Positions 23,101 to 35,732 of a stretch of 64,000 nucleotides of DNA are shown piece by piece. Numbering within the stretch: position 1 is the stretch's first letter; the number at the start of each line of letters is the position of its first letter. The notes under the pieces were generated by a model that saw nothing but the letters and a program-made list of their open reading frames with translations, did not search any database and had not been told where the DNA came from. The position numbers were made by a program, and so were the translations under genes. The DNA is from Rebecca billardiae RCC1528. Taxonomy: Eukaryota > Protista > Haptophyta. The DNA is taken from contig OZ251239.1 in the NCBI GenBank assembly GCA_965240325.2, forward strand, positions 310,001-374,000, in the 5' to 3' direction.

Positions 23101-23968
23101 AAGAACCTGCTGATGGCGGCGGCGACCATCTTCGGCGTGGTCTGCCTCTTCCTGCCCGCGTCGATCGCGTTCGTCTCGACGTTCACGGTGATGTGCATCG
23201 ACGTGATCCTTCTCGGGCTGATCACGGTGATGGGCATGTCGCTCAACACGATCACGCTCGTCACGCTGCTGCTCGCGCTCGCGCTCGCCATCGACTACTC
23301 GTGCCACATCGGCCATGCGTACGTGGTCGCGCCCGGCCGCACGCGCAAGGAGAAGGTCGCGGCGGCGATCGAGACGATCGGCTTCTCGATCATCAACGCC
23401 GCGGGCAGCACGCTGCTCGGCACGCTCTTCCTCGCCGCCTCCCAGTCGCCCGTCTTCCGCATCTTCTTCGTCCTCGTGTGGTCGACCATCTTCCTCGGTG
23501 CGCGCGCTCTGCGCGCGCGCGGCGCTCTGTCGGCGCGCGCGCGCGCCGCGCCGTCCCGTGCGCGCGCGCTCGGCGTGGCGTGCGCCGGCTCACGCGCGTG
23601 CGCGCGGCACGCCTCGCCGCGCACCCCGCGCAGGCCTGATCTCGGGCATGGCCTTCGTGCCCGTCGTCCTCTCCTTCATCGGCCCGATCGATCCGGATGA
23701 CGACCCGGACGGCGGGCTGCATGACCTGCAGCTCGACGCGTCGATGAAGGGCGCCAAGGGCGCCGCGCGCCGCGCGCGGCAGTCGGAGGCGCGCGCGCGC
23801 GCGCACGCGGCCGACGGCGCGGACGAGGACTCGGAGCACTTCTACACGCCGACGGCCACGCGCGCCGAGGCGCACCGCTTGAGCGTCAAGTGGGCGACGG
23901 ACGAGGTGCACGTGGCCGAGTCCGGCGCGAGACGCGCGCCCGTGCCGCACGCGCAGCGCCTGCTGTGA
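20125..23968 (+). CDS. Patched/NPC1-like sterol-sensing RND membrane protein with an ShK-like domain; intron 23498-23633
   Basis: SSD motif LGVAVDDM and second-half ALAIDYSCH; splicing GTGCGC..GCAG restores the terminal helix WSTIFLG-LISGMAFVPVVLSFIGP; six-Cys module ending CPKTCGLC. Confidence 0.9.
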
Positions 23969-25139
23969 GCGCGCGCGCAGTGCGAGCACACGGGCCGGGT
24001 GCGCGCTCGCACCCGGCAGGGGCACGGGGTGGTTTGCGGGGGAGGCGTGGTGCCGCGCCGCCTGAGCGGAGCCGCACCCGATGCCCGCGCACGCAGCCGA
24101 GCACGACTCTCTGGCGCGCAGCCGCTACTCGGCGCAGGCACAGGCGCTGACCGCACACCGCTCCGTGGCGGCCGCGCCTGCGCGGACGGCCGCCCTCGCG
24201 CGCTGGGCGCGGCCATTTGGCGCGCCGGCTGCGACTCATCATGGGCAACGACGCGGGCGCACAGTCTGCGCGCACTCCGCGCAGCATAAGGTCTTGAAGG
24301 ACTACCTCACATCTGATCGATGCGCACACCGAGACACACGCACAGCACTGGCATCACTCTTCCGCTCGCTCGCAGTTGGACCAGCTGGTCGTTGAGCTCG
24401 TGGCCAACACCGAGCAGCCAGCAGCAGGCGCGGAGGCCTCCCGACCGGGCGTGTTTGTCGTCCGGCAGCAGCTCGCTCGCGACCGAGATGCGGACGATCG
24501 GAGTCCGCGAGGCGGAATGTGGCGGGCGGGGAAGCTTCGCCCGCCGCCGCCCGCCGATATCTGTGCCATCCCGGCGCGCCGGTCCTGCGGCACGGGTCCG
24601 GCGTCGGCGTCGGTCCAGTCGGGTCGCGAGTCACTCGCGCTCGGGCGAGTTCAGCAGACTCTGTTCAAGCAGCATATACTAGCTAGTTACTTTATCATAT
24701 CGTCATCAGATAGAATAGCGCATCATCATCTGCATGCTGTATAGTAATCGATCGTGCTATAACTAGAACGCCGGTCGGACACGTGTACGAGACTCAGCGC
24801 TTGGCGTCGCCGTCGGACGTTGCCGACTTGCCGAGCCTGCCGCCTGAGTCTGAGATCTGCAGAGACTGAGAGAGAGCTGACTGGTCCGAGTCGCCCGGAC
24901 TGCCCGGTCATAATGTGCGCCTCACTGCGCACAGTCAGTGCTGCTCAGTGCAGCCGGCGCGGGACGCCGCACGGGCACCGCTGACGACGACGCCAGTTCG
25001 GGTCTTCGGGAGCTACCGCCTGCTGGGCCCGCGGCGAACGCTTGCCGCTGGCCACCCGTCCCAGCCCCCTACATCAAGGCTCCCTGGTATGAAAAATACC
25101 CGCAGCTATTAATCGTTGCCAGCCCATTTCATAGTCACT

Positions 25140-25174
25140 GGGCTCAAAACATGCCGTCGGCATGTTTTGAGCCC
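25140..25174. repeat. perfect 17-bp inverted repeat
   Basis: GGGCTCAAAACATGCCG-t-CGGCATGTTTTGAGCCC. Confidence 0.9.
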
Positions 25175-25717
25175 GCTGAGCCGAAGACGGGCTCAGGGGC
25201 TTTCTGGGACGGGTGGAAAGGTCTGAAAGGAACTGCAGGACCGTCGCTGGCCCCCGCACATCCGACGCCCCGTGGCGCCTCCGACGCCGCACCATGGCGA
25301 TTGCAGACGTGCCCGCTGCAATGGCACACGTGGCATTAGGCACAGGTGCAGCACCGTTCTGTGCGGCCTCTTGAGCCACGAGACTGACGCGCGTCGCCGC
25401 CGCATCTGTGTTCTGTGACGCTGCGCCGCCGTCTCTTAGCTGTGCTGCGCTAGTCCCCGCGGAGGGCATGCGCGCCATTTGCAACCCGATAGCCGCATCC
25501 CATGAGAGGCTGGGCCGTGATGTTACGGTCCCAGAGGGGTGTGTGTAGGGCGGCGCGGTTTGGTGCGGGCGCGTGCGCACTGCTTGCCCACCGGCACCTG
25601 TCGGTGTTGAGCATGCTAAGATGCTTCACTCACCAAAGCGGCCGGCGTGGGGAGTCTGGGAACGTCCATCGGCTCTCCATTTGTGGAGCGATGAGAATCA
25701 GGTTTCCTACCACTAGG

Positions 25718-26130
25718 CTGTTCTGCCCCGCTCGTCCCGGGCGGGCGCGGCCGGCCCATCGGGCAAAGCCGATCATGCGGGCACCACCGCGCATTGACAA
25801 GGGCAGCAACTCGGAGCCCCGCCCGTGGCAGTCACATGTCTGTCAGCCTGTCAAACTGTCTGAGTCATCACTCGACCCGCCGGGCTCCGCGTCCCGGAGT
25901 CGCCGGGCGGCCTGCGTTCCGGGTCACGGCCGTGAGGCGCGCAGCTCGGAAGAGTGCTGCTAAAAGTGTTGTTCGGCCCCACTCGTCCCGGGTGGGGGCG
26001 CCAGGACCTTCGGGCAAAGGATGGCATGCGCCATGCGGGCACCACCGCATTGACAAGCACACCTTGGAGCCCCGCTCGCCACCGGCTGTGAGGCGGCTTG
26101 GAAGAGTGCTGCAAAGTGTTGTTCGGCCCC
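25718..26130. repeat. degenerate tandem duplication
   Basis: blocks CTCGTCCCGGG, CATGCGGGCACCACCGC..ATTGACAAG and GGAAGAGTGCTGC..AAAGTGTTGTTCGGCCCC each occur twice. Confidence 0.75.
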
Positions 26131-26231
26131 GCGCGACCGTGCGCTCGAGGTCGGCGCGTTGTCATAGATAATGCAGCTGGCAAGGCCAACGCCGGTCATA
26201 GCACGCGGTGGGCAAGCCACCCGCGCGCCCT

Positions 26232-26532
26232 GCACGTGCTCGAGCTGCGGCGTCATCGTCATCTCATGCTGAGCTGCCATCGTCCCTGTCTTGCCGGCAG
26301 CCGAAGGGCGAGCTCGAGCGGCGGCGCGCGGCCGCATCCGAGGCGAACGTCAGCGGATGTGCAGCGAGACGGTACGATGCCAGCACGTGCTCGAGCTGCG
26401 GCGTCGTCATCTCATGCAGCTGCCATCGTCCCGCTGTCTTGCCGGCAGCCGAAGGGCGAGCACGACGGCGGCGCGCGGCCCGCATCCGAGGCGAACGTCA
26501 GCGGATGTGCAGCGAGATGGTCCGATGCCAGC
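26232..26532. repeat. tandem duplication, two ~151-bp units
   Basis: units begin GCACGTGCTCGAGCTGCGGCGTC at 26232 and 26383. Confidence 0.9.
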
Positions 26533-27547
26533 TGGACGCTCATGGAGCAGTGCATGTCCCTGCAGAGCTGGCCGTGCTCTGCGGCGGGCCGGCCGCTGCC
26601 GACGCCGACGCACGACGACACGCCGCGGCGCTGGGACGAGTGCTGGCTGGACCATCCGAACGCCCGCGGCCGCGTCGCGCGAGCGAACGCTCGTCGACTT
26701 CGACGGCCTCCCTGTGCCCGCCGGCTCGACCGCCCCGACAACGCCGACGTCGCGAGCACGCCATCACCCAAAGGTTGAGCGCGCGGGGCGCAAGGCACGC
26801 CCGCCATCGCTTTTCGCTCGTCGCGCCCAACCACACAGTCCGGACACGGACAGTCCGGGGAGCGCGGCAGATGTCGATCTGGCAGATGTCGATCTGGTGC
26901 TTAGCGGGTCGAAAAGTCTGAAAGATGCAGATTTCGCCAGATTTTTTGAGTCCGGGTCACTTTTGCCGAGTCGCGCTTCAGTAGAGTGCAGATTCATGAT
27001 CTCTAGGCGTATTCAAAGGCGAAACATTCTGAGAGGATTGTATGTACCAGAGATACTCATCAATAGCGGAAGTTTCTCGCAGTGAGCATATATGAAAAGG
27101 TGAATATGAGTACACGGGAATGCTCGCTTGAAGGAAGTAGTCCATCCCATCTGGCGAAACGATATTGGACCTATGAGTTGAGCAATCATCATCAAACTCG
27201 TCGACGAACAATAATGCCGGGAAGCAGGGAAAGTACCCTGCTGCTAATCAATTATGCTCGGGGAGGGCTGCCCTCCAAATATCAGGTTAAGCGAGATAGT
27301 CGAGGGATGAGCCGCTTACGGCTCTCTCCTGTATGTATCGTTCGTCGACAGTTAGCGCTCAATATATTTGTGGGGGCGAACCGCCGCTCATTGGTTTGCG
27401 CCAACCGATTTTAATCTTGATGACCAGTAATCATACACGTTGAGAATGCCGGCCAAATATCAAACCGATGGGCTGATTGCGGAGAAGCTCAACAGATTCA
27501 TATTTTAAGGCGGCACCCCGTCACTCCCGCCTCGCAGGCGAATTTTT

Positions 27548-27618
27548 TAAATTCCCCTTTATAACGGGCTCCGGGTGATCAGACTGGCGGCCGAAGCCTC
27601 CAGCCCTACCCTGGCCAG
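27548..27618 (-). repeat. repeat C copy just upstream of the RWP-RK gene
   Basis: reverse complement of 18862-18938. Confidence 0.85.
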
Positions 27619-27694
27619 CCCCCAACCAACCACCACCCTCACCCAACCTCGAACCCCTTCCTCGTTCGCACCATACCGATTGCCTCCGCAACGC

Positions 27695-29492
27695 ATGTCC
27701 TTTCCGCATCCGCACATTGACCTCCACGCGGCGTGGTACGGCCCAGCCCGTGACTGCGTGCCACACGCGCCGCCCGAGAGCGAGCCCGCGCCGAGCGTAG
27801 AGCAGCTCGCCGCATGGTCGCTCATTTGCAGCGGCGGCCTCGACGGCGCCCCGGGCCTGCCGATGGACGCGCACGTCGCTTCCAAGGTACAACTCGCTGA
27901 GTACTGCGACGCGCTGTCACAGCAGCTCCCCGGGGGGCTTCGCATGCCTCTGCAGGAGCCTCCCTCGCGAGAGGCGGGCTGGAGTGGGCGGGCGAGCTCC
28001 CCTGACTCCAGCCTGCAACAACTGCTTGCGAGCGCGCTGCAGCATTGCAACCAGCCGCTGCCGCTCACCGCCGAGCCGCACCACCAACCGCAGCTCGGCG
28101 CGCAGATCTCGCAAAGTGCTTTGTCCGCCCGGCTGCCTGCAGCCCTGCCTCCATGGCTACTCTGCCCCGCCGGCGCCCCCGGCTCCGCGCAGGGCGCGGC
28201 GCCGAGCAGGACCAGCCCTGTGGCCGCGCCCTCGCCGCCACCGGCGATGCTGGGCCGCTTCCAGCGCCTTCCGAGCGCCGGCTCCGTCCCGGCCACGTCG
28301 TCGGCGTCAAACGCGGGCGTCTTCACCACGCACGTGCCCCCTGCCACTGCCGCGACGCCGCTCGCGGACGCGAAACCGCGGCTGTGCGTGCGCGCGGTGA
28401 TGTCGGCTGCGCAGGGCGAGCCGCGCGCGCGGCACACCTCGGCTGGGTGGGCTCGCGCAGGGCCGAACGGCAGCACGACGTTCGTCATCCCGCTGCCGAT
28501 GCTGAACGGCAGGCAGCAGCGCGCGTCGCGCACGACGCAGCCACGCGCGCCTGCCGTCGCCGTCGGCAAGCCGCCCACCGCTCAGGCGGTGCCCGGCGGC
28601 GGTACCTCGCGCCGTGTCGGCCGTAGGCCCAAGGAGGTGCCGTTCGAGGTGATCGCGCAGCACTTTGACAAGCCGATCATGCGCGCCGCCCGGGAGCTCG
28701 GCGTGTGCACCACCGTCCTCAAGCGGGTCTGCCGCGCCAACGGCGTGCAGCGCTGGCCGTACCGCAAGATCAACTCGGTCGACCGGCCCATCGCGCGGCT
28801 GCAGCTGCGCGTCGCGCAGGGCATTGCGAGCGCAGACGAGATTGCCGAGCTGCAGCGGCAGGTGCGGGCACGCGCCGCGCTGCCACTGCGCCGCGCGGCG
28901 GGTCGGTGCCGACCGGGTCTCACCGCGCCGCTCGCCCCCGTTGGCCTCACCTTGGCCCCGCATCCGCCCACCCCGGACCGCGCGCGCGCAGACGTTCGCG
29001 CAGCGGCGCCGCCGCGAGGGCGCCGCCACCGAGCCGGACTCTCCGCCTGATCCGCCCGAGGAGCCCTGGGTCACGGGCGGCGACTCGTCGCTCGGCGGCG
29101 ACTCGTCGCGCGACGGCGAGTCAGAGGGCGAAGCCACCGTCCTCGCCGTCGGCAGGGTCTCGCCCACACCCTCGGCGCGCCTGGCCACGTTCGCGCCATC
29201 GGCGCCGCCGCAGCCGCAGCAGCACGCTGCCGACGCGAGCGCGCTGCCGCCACCGCTGCTCGGCAGGCAAACTGAGCAGATGGCGCCGTCTGCGTGGCCG
29301 TCGCCGCCGAGCTTCCTGCCCGTGTCGATGCCGGCGCAGTACCCGGCCGGCGGGGACGCGCGGATGTCTCACACGCAGGCGCTCTTTGCCCATCAGCAGC
29401 AGCAGCAGCAGATGCTGCTGCTGCTGCAGCAGCAGCAGTGGGCCGCGGCCGCGCTCGGCGCTCAGCAGCCGTTCGAGCCTGAGGGCGCCTAG
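27695..29492 (+). CDS. RWP-RK domain transcription factor; intron 28862-28991
   Basis: IAQHFDKPIMRAARELGVCTTVLKRVCRANGVQRWPYRKINS; a phase-0 GTGCGG..GCAG intron joins ELQRQ to TFAQRRR and a Q/P-rich tail. Confidence 0.9.
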
Positions 29493-30235
29493 GGCGCGCC
29501 GCTGGCGCCCTAGGCGGCCACCCTCGCCACCACCGCACACGTCCATCTAGGCGGAGCGCCACGCACCTGCGCAGGCTCGCGCCGACCTCAGCGCGCCCCG
29601 CTCCGCCGCCCACCACGCACACCTCAAGTACCTCAACCTCGTGTCCGCCGTGAGGCGTGACGGCGTGACCAGCCACGTCTAACTGCGATGGTACTGCACG
29701 GCTCGCGTCGAGCCCGGGCCTTGTGCCTCGGCCCCGCCTCGACGCCCGCTGCTCCAGACCGCGTACACAAAGCCGCGTGCCCATCTGGCACGCGCACTGC
29801 CGCACAGCCGCACTCCCGACTCCGCGCTCACTCGCACACGGACACGGCGTTTGCCGTGATCGTGAACTAACTCCGTTCCGGGCACCGCGAGTCCGCCAAT
29901 TATCCGATCGGAGTCCAGCGGAACTTCACGTCGCCGGTGCTCAGCTGCGCACCTCATCATCTGCATGCAGCAGCGCAGCCGCCCTCCGTCGACGCTACTG
30001 TCTTTAGCTAGTCTTAGGCCTGATAGTATTAGCCCCCAAGTCCGGGCTCCGGGGGCAGGCGGGCAGTCGGGCAGCCTGAGCCAGGAGGACTCCGGAGGCC
30101 GTGTGTCCGGACCAGCAGTCCGGCCGCGTCCGGCGCGCGGGGCCCTTGCCGCGCGGCCCGGTGCCTTGCCTCGTCCGCATGGAGGCACGCGTGTCGCGAG
30201 GTCAGCGGCGGCCGGCGAGCTCGGGCTCGGGCTCG

Positions 30236-31504
30236 ATGATGGCGCCGATGCGCTTGGCGTGCACGCTCGCGGTAGCCACAGCAGCTGCATTGCCATGCAT
30301 CCGCGCCGCAGCCGCCACCACGGCGCCGGGGCTGCCGGCGCTTACCGCCGTCCGCACGCGCGCTCGCGCGCGCGCGCCAGTGCGCGCGCTTGCAGGCGGC
30401 GGCGGCGGCGAAGGCGGCGAAGGCGGTGGTGTGCGCGCGCTTCCTGAGCCCGGCACGCCCGCCCGCCGCGACGGGCGCCTCGCGATGCTTGGCTCCGCCT
30501 TCATGTTTGGCTCGATCGCGCCCTCGGTCAAAGCGGTCTTCATGCTGCCCGGCGCGCCCACTGCATCCGCGCTCTCGTTCGCGCGCGGCGCGATCATCTC
30601 GCTGCCGCTGCTGCCCGTGCTGCTCACGCCCGACGCATCCGGCCAGCCCAAGCTCACGCGCGCGCGCGTGCTCGCCGCCGCCGAGCTCGCGTGCTACACG
30701 TTCGCCCTGAATGCGCTTCTGAACGAGGGGCTGGCCGAGGGCGGCTCGGCGACCAAGGCGGCGTTCCTGCTGCAGGGTGCGGTGGTGTTCACGCCCGCGC
30801 TGTGCGCCGCGGCGGGCCAGGCGGTGGCGCCGCGCACGTGGGCCGCGTCCGCGCTCGCCCTTGCCGGCGTCGCGCTGCTTGCGTTCGAGGTGGGCGGCGC
30901 GGGCGCGGGCGCGAGCGTGAGCGCGGCGGCGCTGCCAGCGGCGCTCGACGCACTCGGCGCGGCACCGGGCGGCCTCCCGGCGCTCGAGCGCGCCGACGTG
31001 CTCTTCCTCGGCTCGGCGCTCGCGTGGGCGCTCACCATCGTGCGCCTCGGCGCATTCGCCGCCTCCGCCGAGCTCTCCGAGGGCGCGGTGCTCATCCAGG
31101 GCGCCAAGAACCTGCTGCTCGCAGGGCTGTACGGCGCGTGGCTGGCGCACGACGTGCTGGCGGGCGCGGCGGCGGGCGGGCCGGGCGGGCTGCAGGGCGC
31201 GCTGCTCGCGCAGTGGCCCGGCGGCGTGGGCGAAGGCGCCTGGCAGGCGTGGGGCCTGCTCGCGCTCTCCGCCGCGGGCGGCGGGCTGCTCGGCGACCTG
31301 CTGCAGGCCATTGGCCAGCGCGCAGTGCCGCCTGCCGAGGCCAACGTGCTGCTGACGACAGAGCCGCTCTGGGCGGCGGCGATCACCGCGCTCACGCTCG
31401 GCGAGCGCATGAGCGTGACGGACTGGGTGGGCGGGGCCGTGCTCATCGCGGCCGCGCTGCTGGCCACAGCCGCGCCCCCCGCCGAGCGCAGCAGCGGCGG
31501 ATGA
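30236..31504 (+). CDS. EamA/DMT family transporter, probably plastid-targeted
   Basis: GL..SATKAAFL..VVFTP and GQRAVPPAEANVLLTTEPLWAA..LGE motifs; N-terminal signal-like plus Arg/Ala-rich transit-like segment. Confidence 0.85.
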   Translation: MMAPMRLACTLAVATAAALPCIRAAAATTAPGLPALTAVRTRARARAPVRALAGGGGGEGGEGGGVRALPEPGTPARRDGRLAMLGSAFMFGSIAPSVKAVFMLPGAPTASALSFARGAIISLPLLPVLLTPDASGQPKLTRARVLAAAELACYTFALNALLNEGLAEGGSATKAAFLLQGAVVFTPALCAAAGQAVAPRTWAASALALAGVALLAFEVGGAGAGASVSAAALPAALDALGAAPGGLPALERADVLFLGSALAWALTIVRLGAFAASAELSEGAVLIQGAKNLLLAGLYGAWLAHDVLAGAAAGGPGGLQGALLAQWPGGVGEGAWQAWGLLALSAAGGGLLGDLLQAIGQRAVPPAEANVLLTTEPLWAAAITALTLGERMSVTDWVGGAVLIAAALLATAAPPAERSSGG

Positions 31505-33625
31505 GACTTGCCAGAGGGTCCCCGCCGTCCCCGGAGCTGCTCACCGACACCACTACACCAGTAGCCTGGGCGAGGCTACAGTATTGTACGCGAGAAAGAA
31601 CATCGACAAACGTCGAACTCGAAGCCTGACGACGACGTGCATGACGTACCCCTGCGCGCACGTCCAGGATGCCATGGCTCGCGCTCAGGACACTACAATT
31701 CAGTCGGGGCGGGCTCCAGCCACAGTCCGCAGCCCGCGCACGGCCGGACGGTGCGGCCCGAGGCCGAGTCAGCCACTCAGCCTGGCACGCCCGCGCGGAC
31801 CGCGTCCGGACTCCGGAGTGTCAGTGACCCTATATGCGGCCGCCGGGGGTACGTTTAGACGAACCCCTGGGAGCCAGGGAGCGATGAGGGTACGAATCGA
31901 AAGATCTCCGTGGCGGCGGACGAAGTAACGTAGTCCTCATCGAAGTAATCGACGTCTTCTCACGCCTCGACGTGTTTGAACGCGTCGTCACAGTCGAACA
32001 CGGAGGACTCCATCGTGCTGAACTTTTTTTTGGCCTCCCGGACCGGTCTCCCACGATGGAGTTCCTGGTGGGCGGCGGCACCCTGTTGCGCTCGCGCCCC
32101 GGGTGCACCTTCGTGCACTGAGAGTAACCGATGGGCGAGAAGCTGCTCGTCAACTCGAGCAAGCTGCGCGCTGTCCGCGCGTCGAGCTGCTCGCGCCGGC
32201 GGCCGCGCCTTGAGCTCGCGGCGGTGCGGGCGTGCGCACGAGCTTGTCGGCGTCAAGCTTCTCGCGCCCCGGGCCGCGCCGTCAGCTCGTGGTGGCGCGG
32301 GCATGCGCACGAGCTCGTGCTTGGCTGCAGCTCCTCAGAGGACTGCCACAGCTGGCTGGCTCAGAGCTTGTCCGCGACGGCGCGCCACGAGGTGTGGCGG
32401 CCTTCGCCGCAGCGGTCAATGCGTCGCTCAATCCTGCACTGCGCTACGTCTTGACTCGCGATGGAGGCGCCGATATCGGGGCTGTGTGCAAGGCGTCATG
32501 GCCGCTCGGCGCAGAGCCGACGCTGCACGACGCAGCTCTCAGCCAACACCAGTGAACTCGGTCTGCTAAGTGCAGTAATGAGTGCTACATTATGCATCAA
32601 ATTCTGGCGCCGTGAGTTGGCGCCCTACTTACTGAGGCTCAGGCCGGCGTATTTGTCCTTCGATCGGCTGGGGGGAGCCCCCCCCAGACCCGCCCCCCCC
32701 CGAGAGTCTGAACGTATACCCCTGCTGGAGATTATTATTGAGCCCCCTGCTTGGCTGGACGTAGTCCCCGACAGTGTGACTCAGGCGGGCGACAGTGAGT
32801 ACTGGCAGTGACCGGAGCCGACGACAGTTCACACACAGTAAATAGTAATGTCGTCACAGCGCAGGATCGCCCGCCAGCCACGACCGTAAGCTAATTCGGC
32901 GAACCCATTAAAAAAATCGATAACCGCCGAGTGGCCCCCCCTCGCCGGCAGTTGGACGCGGCCGGCGGACGGCCGGAGTCGACTTGGTCGAGAGCGTCGC
33001 GATGTCGTCGAAATCGCCCATCGCGCGACGAACGTCGCCAGCTGGCGTCGGCCTGGGACCGAGCGGCTTGGCTGGGCCGCGATGGTGCGTGCGCTTCAGC
33101 TGCGCAATACAGTTCCCCGCATTTGCGGCGCGGCGCAGGAATCGCTCCGCCGCATCCATCGTCCACCTGCACCCCGTTTGCACGCGCGGCCATGATTTGA
33201 ACATTCGCGCGCGGAGAGGCGCGCACAGCGCCGAGCCCCTTGGAGATGCGGGTCTGGCGAATAAGTGGCGATGGGCGGGATCGGAGTGTAGATGCCCAAA
33301 ATGCGCATCGCGTATCCTGCATCTGACGCGTTCACCATGCACGCGCGCCCTTTCTGCTGCTCGCCTGCATGTGGCCGCATCTGCCCGCCGCCGCGGATCG
33401 CCGCGCGCGCAGACACTTGGCGTGAAAGAAGGGCGGGGAGAAGGACGTGCGAGGTCTAATGCCGCATACGAAGGGCCCCTCGATGCATTTTCACCGGTAC
33501 ACCAACCAGATCACACAGCAGAGCGTGCTCGCGCGGCAGAAGCGCACTGTTTGTGGAGCTCGCGCGAGGCGGTCGAGGCGGCATGGCAGGCGATGTGTGG
33601 GTCTGGTAGCGCTCTGGCGACGGCG

Positions 33626-34461
33626 ATGAACGCGTTGCACGTCGCGCTCCTCGCTATCTGCATGTCCGCGTGCAGCGCCGCCCTCTTCGTCGCGCAGGTG
33701 CGCAAGATTCATGAGCGGCTGCGGCGTGACTCGGCGACGTGACCGGCAGGGGCCGAAGCGGCTTGACTGCTGCGTTCCTGCGCGAGGCACTGTGTGCGCC
33801 CGAGTTCGTCGCGCTCGGCGGTATGGAGGTGGTGGAGCAGAACGTCCGCTCGGTGTGCACCGTCGCCTGCAGTACCGTTCCTGAGAACCCAGCCTTCCTC
33901 GGCCTCGACGCACGCTGCGAGGCGTGCCGAACAGACTTGGTCTGCTCGTTCAGCGCGGTCATCTCGCTCAAGTTCATGCACAACGGCGAGGTCGTACTTG
34001 CTCTCGTCAACCTCACCACGGCCGTGTCCGAGCCCAACGTGCAGCCCGTGACGACCGTTGCCGCTCGGCGGGACGGTCCGGCATCCCGTGTCACAGCTCA
34101 GCCGCTCTGTGCCCGGACCGCGCGGGCCGCGCGGCTCGCCGCCGTTGAAGCTCCGCCGCCGCAGCAGCAGCCAGCGCAGCAGTCGGCGGCGCGACGGCTG
34201 CCGCCGCTGCCGCCGGCGCCGCGGCTCGCTCGCTGCACGAGACAGACAGAAGTCGGCGCGCGCCACCAGTCGTCGCAGCGGTCCGTACCGGCGCGATCCT
34301 CGCGTGAGGCCATCATGAGAGCTGACTACGGGGACTCTCACTCGCCGCCGGGTCACAATGGCCGAGCGGCCGCGGCCGCGGCAGGGCGGGTCACCGGTGG
34401 CGCGGGTGCCAGTAGCTACCGCCCGGGTGCCAGTAGCTACTGGCACCCGGGGCCTAGCTAG
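33626..34461 (+). CDS. hypothetical secreted Cys-containing protein (tentative intron 33698-33786)
   Basis: signal-like MNALHVALLAICMSACSA, CAG|GTGCGC donor, downstream codon-like exon ALCAPEFVALGG..; the acceptor would be a weaker GAG. Confidence 0.35.
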
Positions 34462-34491
34462 TATCTATAGTATAGCTACTGGCACCCGCGC
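34400..34491. repeat. nested palindrome built from GGGTGCCAGTAGCTA
   Basis: perfect 30-bp palindrome at 34422-34451 inside an outer inverted pair 34400-34418/34473-34491. Confidence 0.9.
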
Positions 34492-34808
34492 GCCCGGGCC
34501 CGGCCGCGGCGTCACGCAGTCAGCACGGCTCACACTACGACTTGACCGGGTTTGGCGGTTACTCGCGCGCGGACCGGTTGGCGGTTGGCCGTTGCCGCCC
34601 GCGTTGGACGTCGAGTTTCATCGCGGACTACGCGGCTGACCGCCCGACGATCGGCCGGCCCCGCGGCGGAGGCGGCAGCGGGCGCGGAGGCTGACCGGAG
34701 GCGCGGAGCGGGTCGGGCGCAGCTGACTCAGCAGCCTCCGCGATGACTCTCACGACGTACGGTCCTACTGGTCGATAATAACACGACTCTAACTTGGTCA
34801 GGCGACTG

Positions 34809-35732
34809 CTACCAGTGAGCCGCGCGGGCCGCCGCGGGCTGACCGCGCCGCACCGCCGGGCGCGGCTGCTGCCGCGAGTCACGACTCAGCGCCGGACGAT
34901 GACCGGGACCGGGACTCAGTCCGACAGCTGCGTGGCAGGCCGTGACCGACGTGAACGGTGAATCTGACTCCGAGCTTTGAAGCACTTCATCACTGCTCGT
35001 CCGACTGGATGGCGCGGCTGCTCGCTGCTCGTGCGCCGCACCGCCGCCACCGCCTCCGCCGCGCTCTCGTGCGCGGAGGCTTGGCGCCAAGTTCTTCGCG
35101 CGCGAGCTCGAGCTTGCACGCGCCTGGGACGCGCGCCCGCACGCCGCACGTGTCACCTCGTGCGCAGTAGCCAGGTCCGCTTCGAGCCGCCCAAGCTCCT
35201 CCGCGCCTTCCTCGCGCGCGGCAGCGCGCTCGGCCACGTGCGCGCGCGCCTCACGCCGAGCAGCAGCGGCAAGCGCGAACGCAGCGGTTTGCCGAGCAGG
35301 CTTGCTCGCGGCGGCATCGGCCGAGGCTGCGCGCCACTTGGCCTCGGCCACGCCGAGCAGCACCCTAAGTGCAGCCATCGTCTCGGCGGCCGCCGCCGTC
35401 CGTTCGGCTGCTGCAGCGCGCTCCGCGTGCAGCTGCTTCTCGAGTCTCGGCACGGCGCTCAGCTCGCAGCTCTTGCGCACGTTCGCCTCCGACAGTTCGG
35501 CAACGTGGATCGCGAGCAGGTCGGCGCTGCCGTCCACGGCAGCAATGCTTGCCGCCGAGAGCTGCGTGCCGTGCGGCGGGCGCCGCGGCGCGGACGTGCG
35601 GGCGGCGGGCGATGAGCAATGGGCCGGGCCAGCGATCGGCGTCTCGTCGACGAGTGCGGGCAGCTGGTGGCGAGCTCCGGCTTGCACGGGCAGCAGGGAG
35701 GTGGAAGGGTGAGAGCAGCGGGCAGTCGGCAC
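34809..35732 (-). pseudogene. coiled-coil-like coding fragment
   Basis: ELSEANVRKSCEL..RLEKQLHAERAAA..EELGRLEADLATAHE; no clear start, family unknown. Confidence 0.3.

Noticed and set aside
31830-32310. Possible transposase or gene relic (REAKKKFSTMESSVFDCDDAF..)
   Set aside because: Short, interrupted by a stop, and no motif I can assign.
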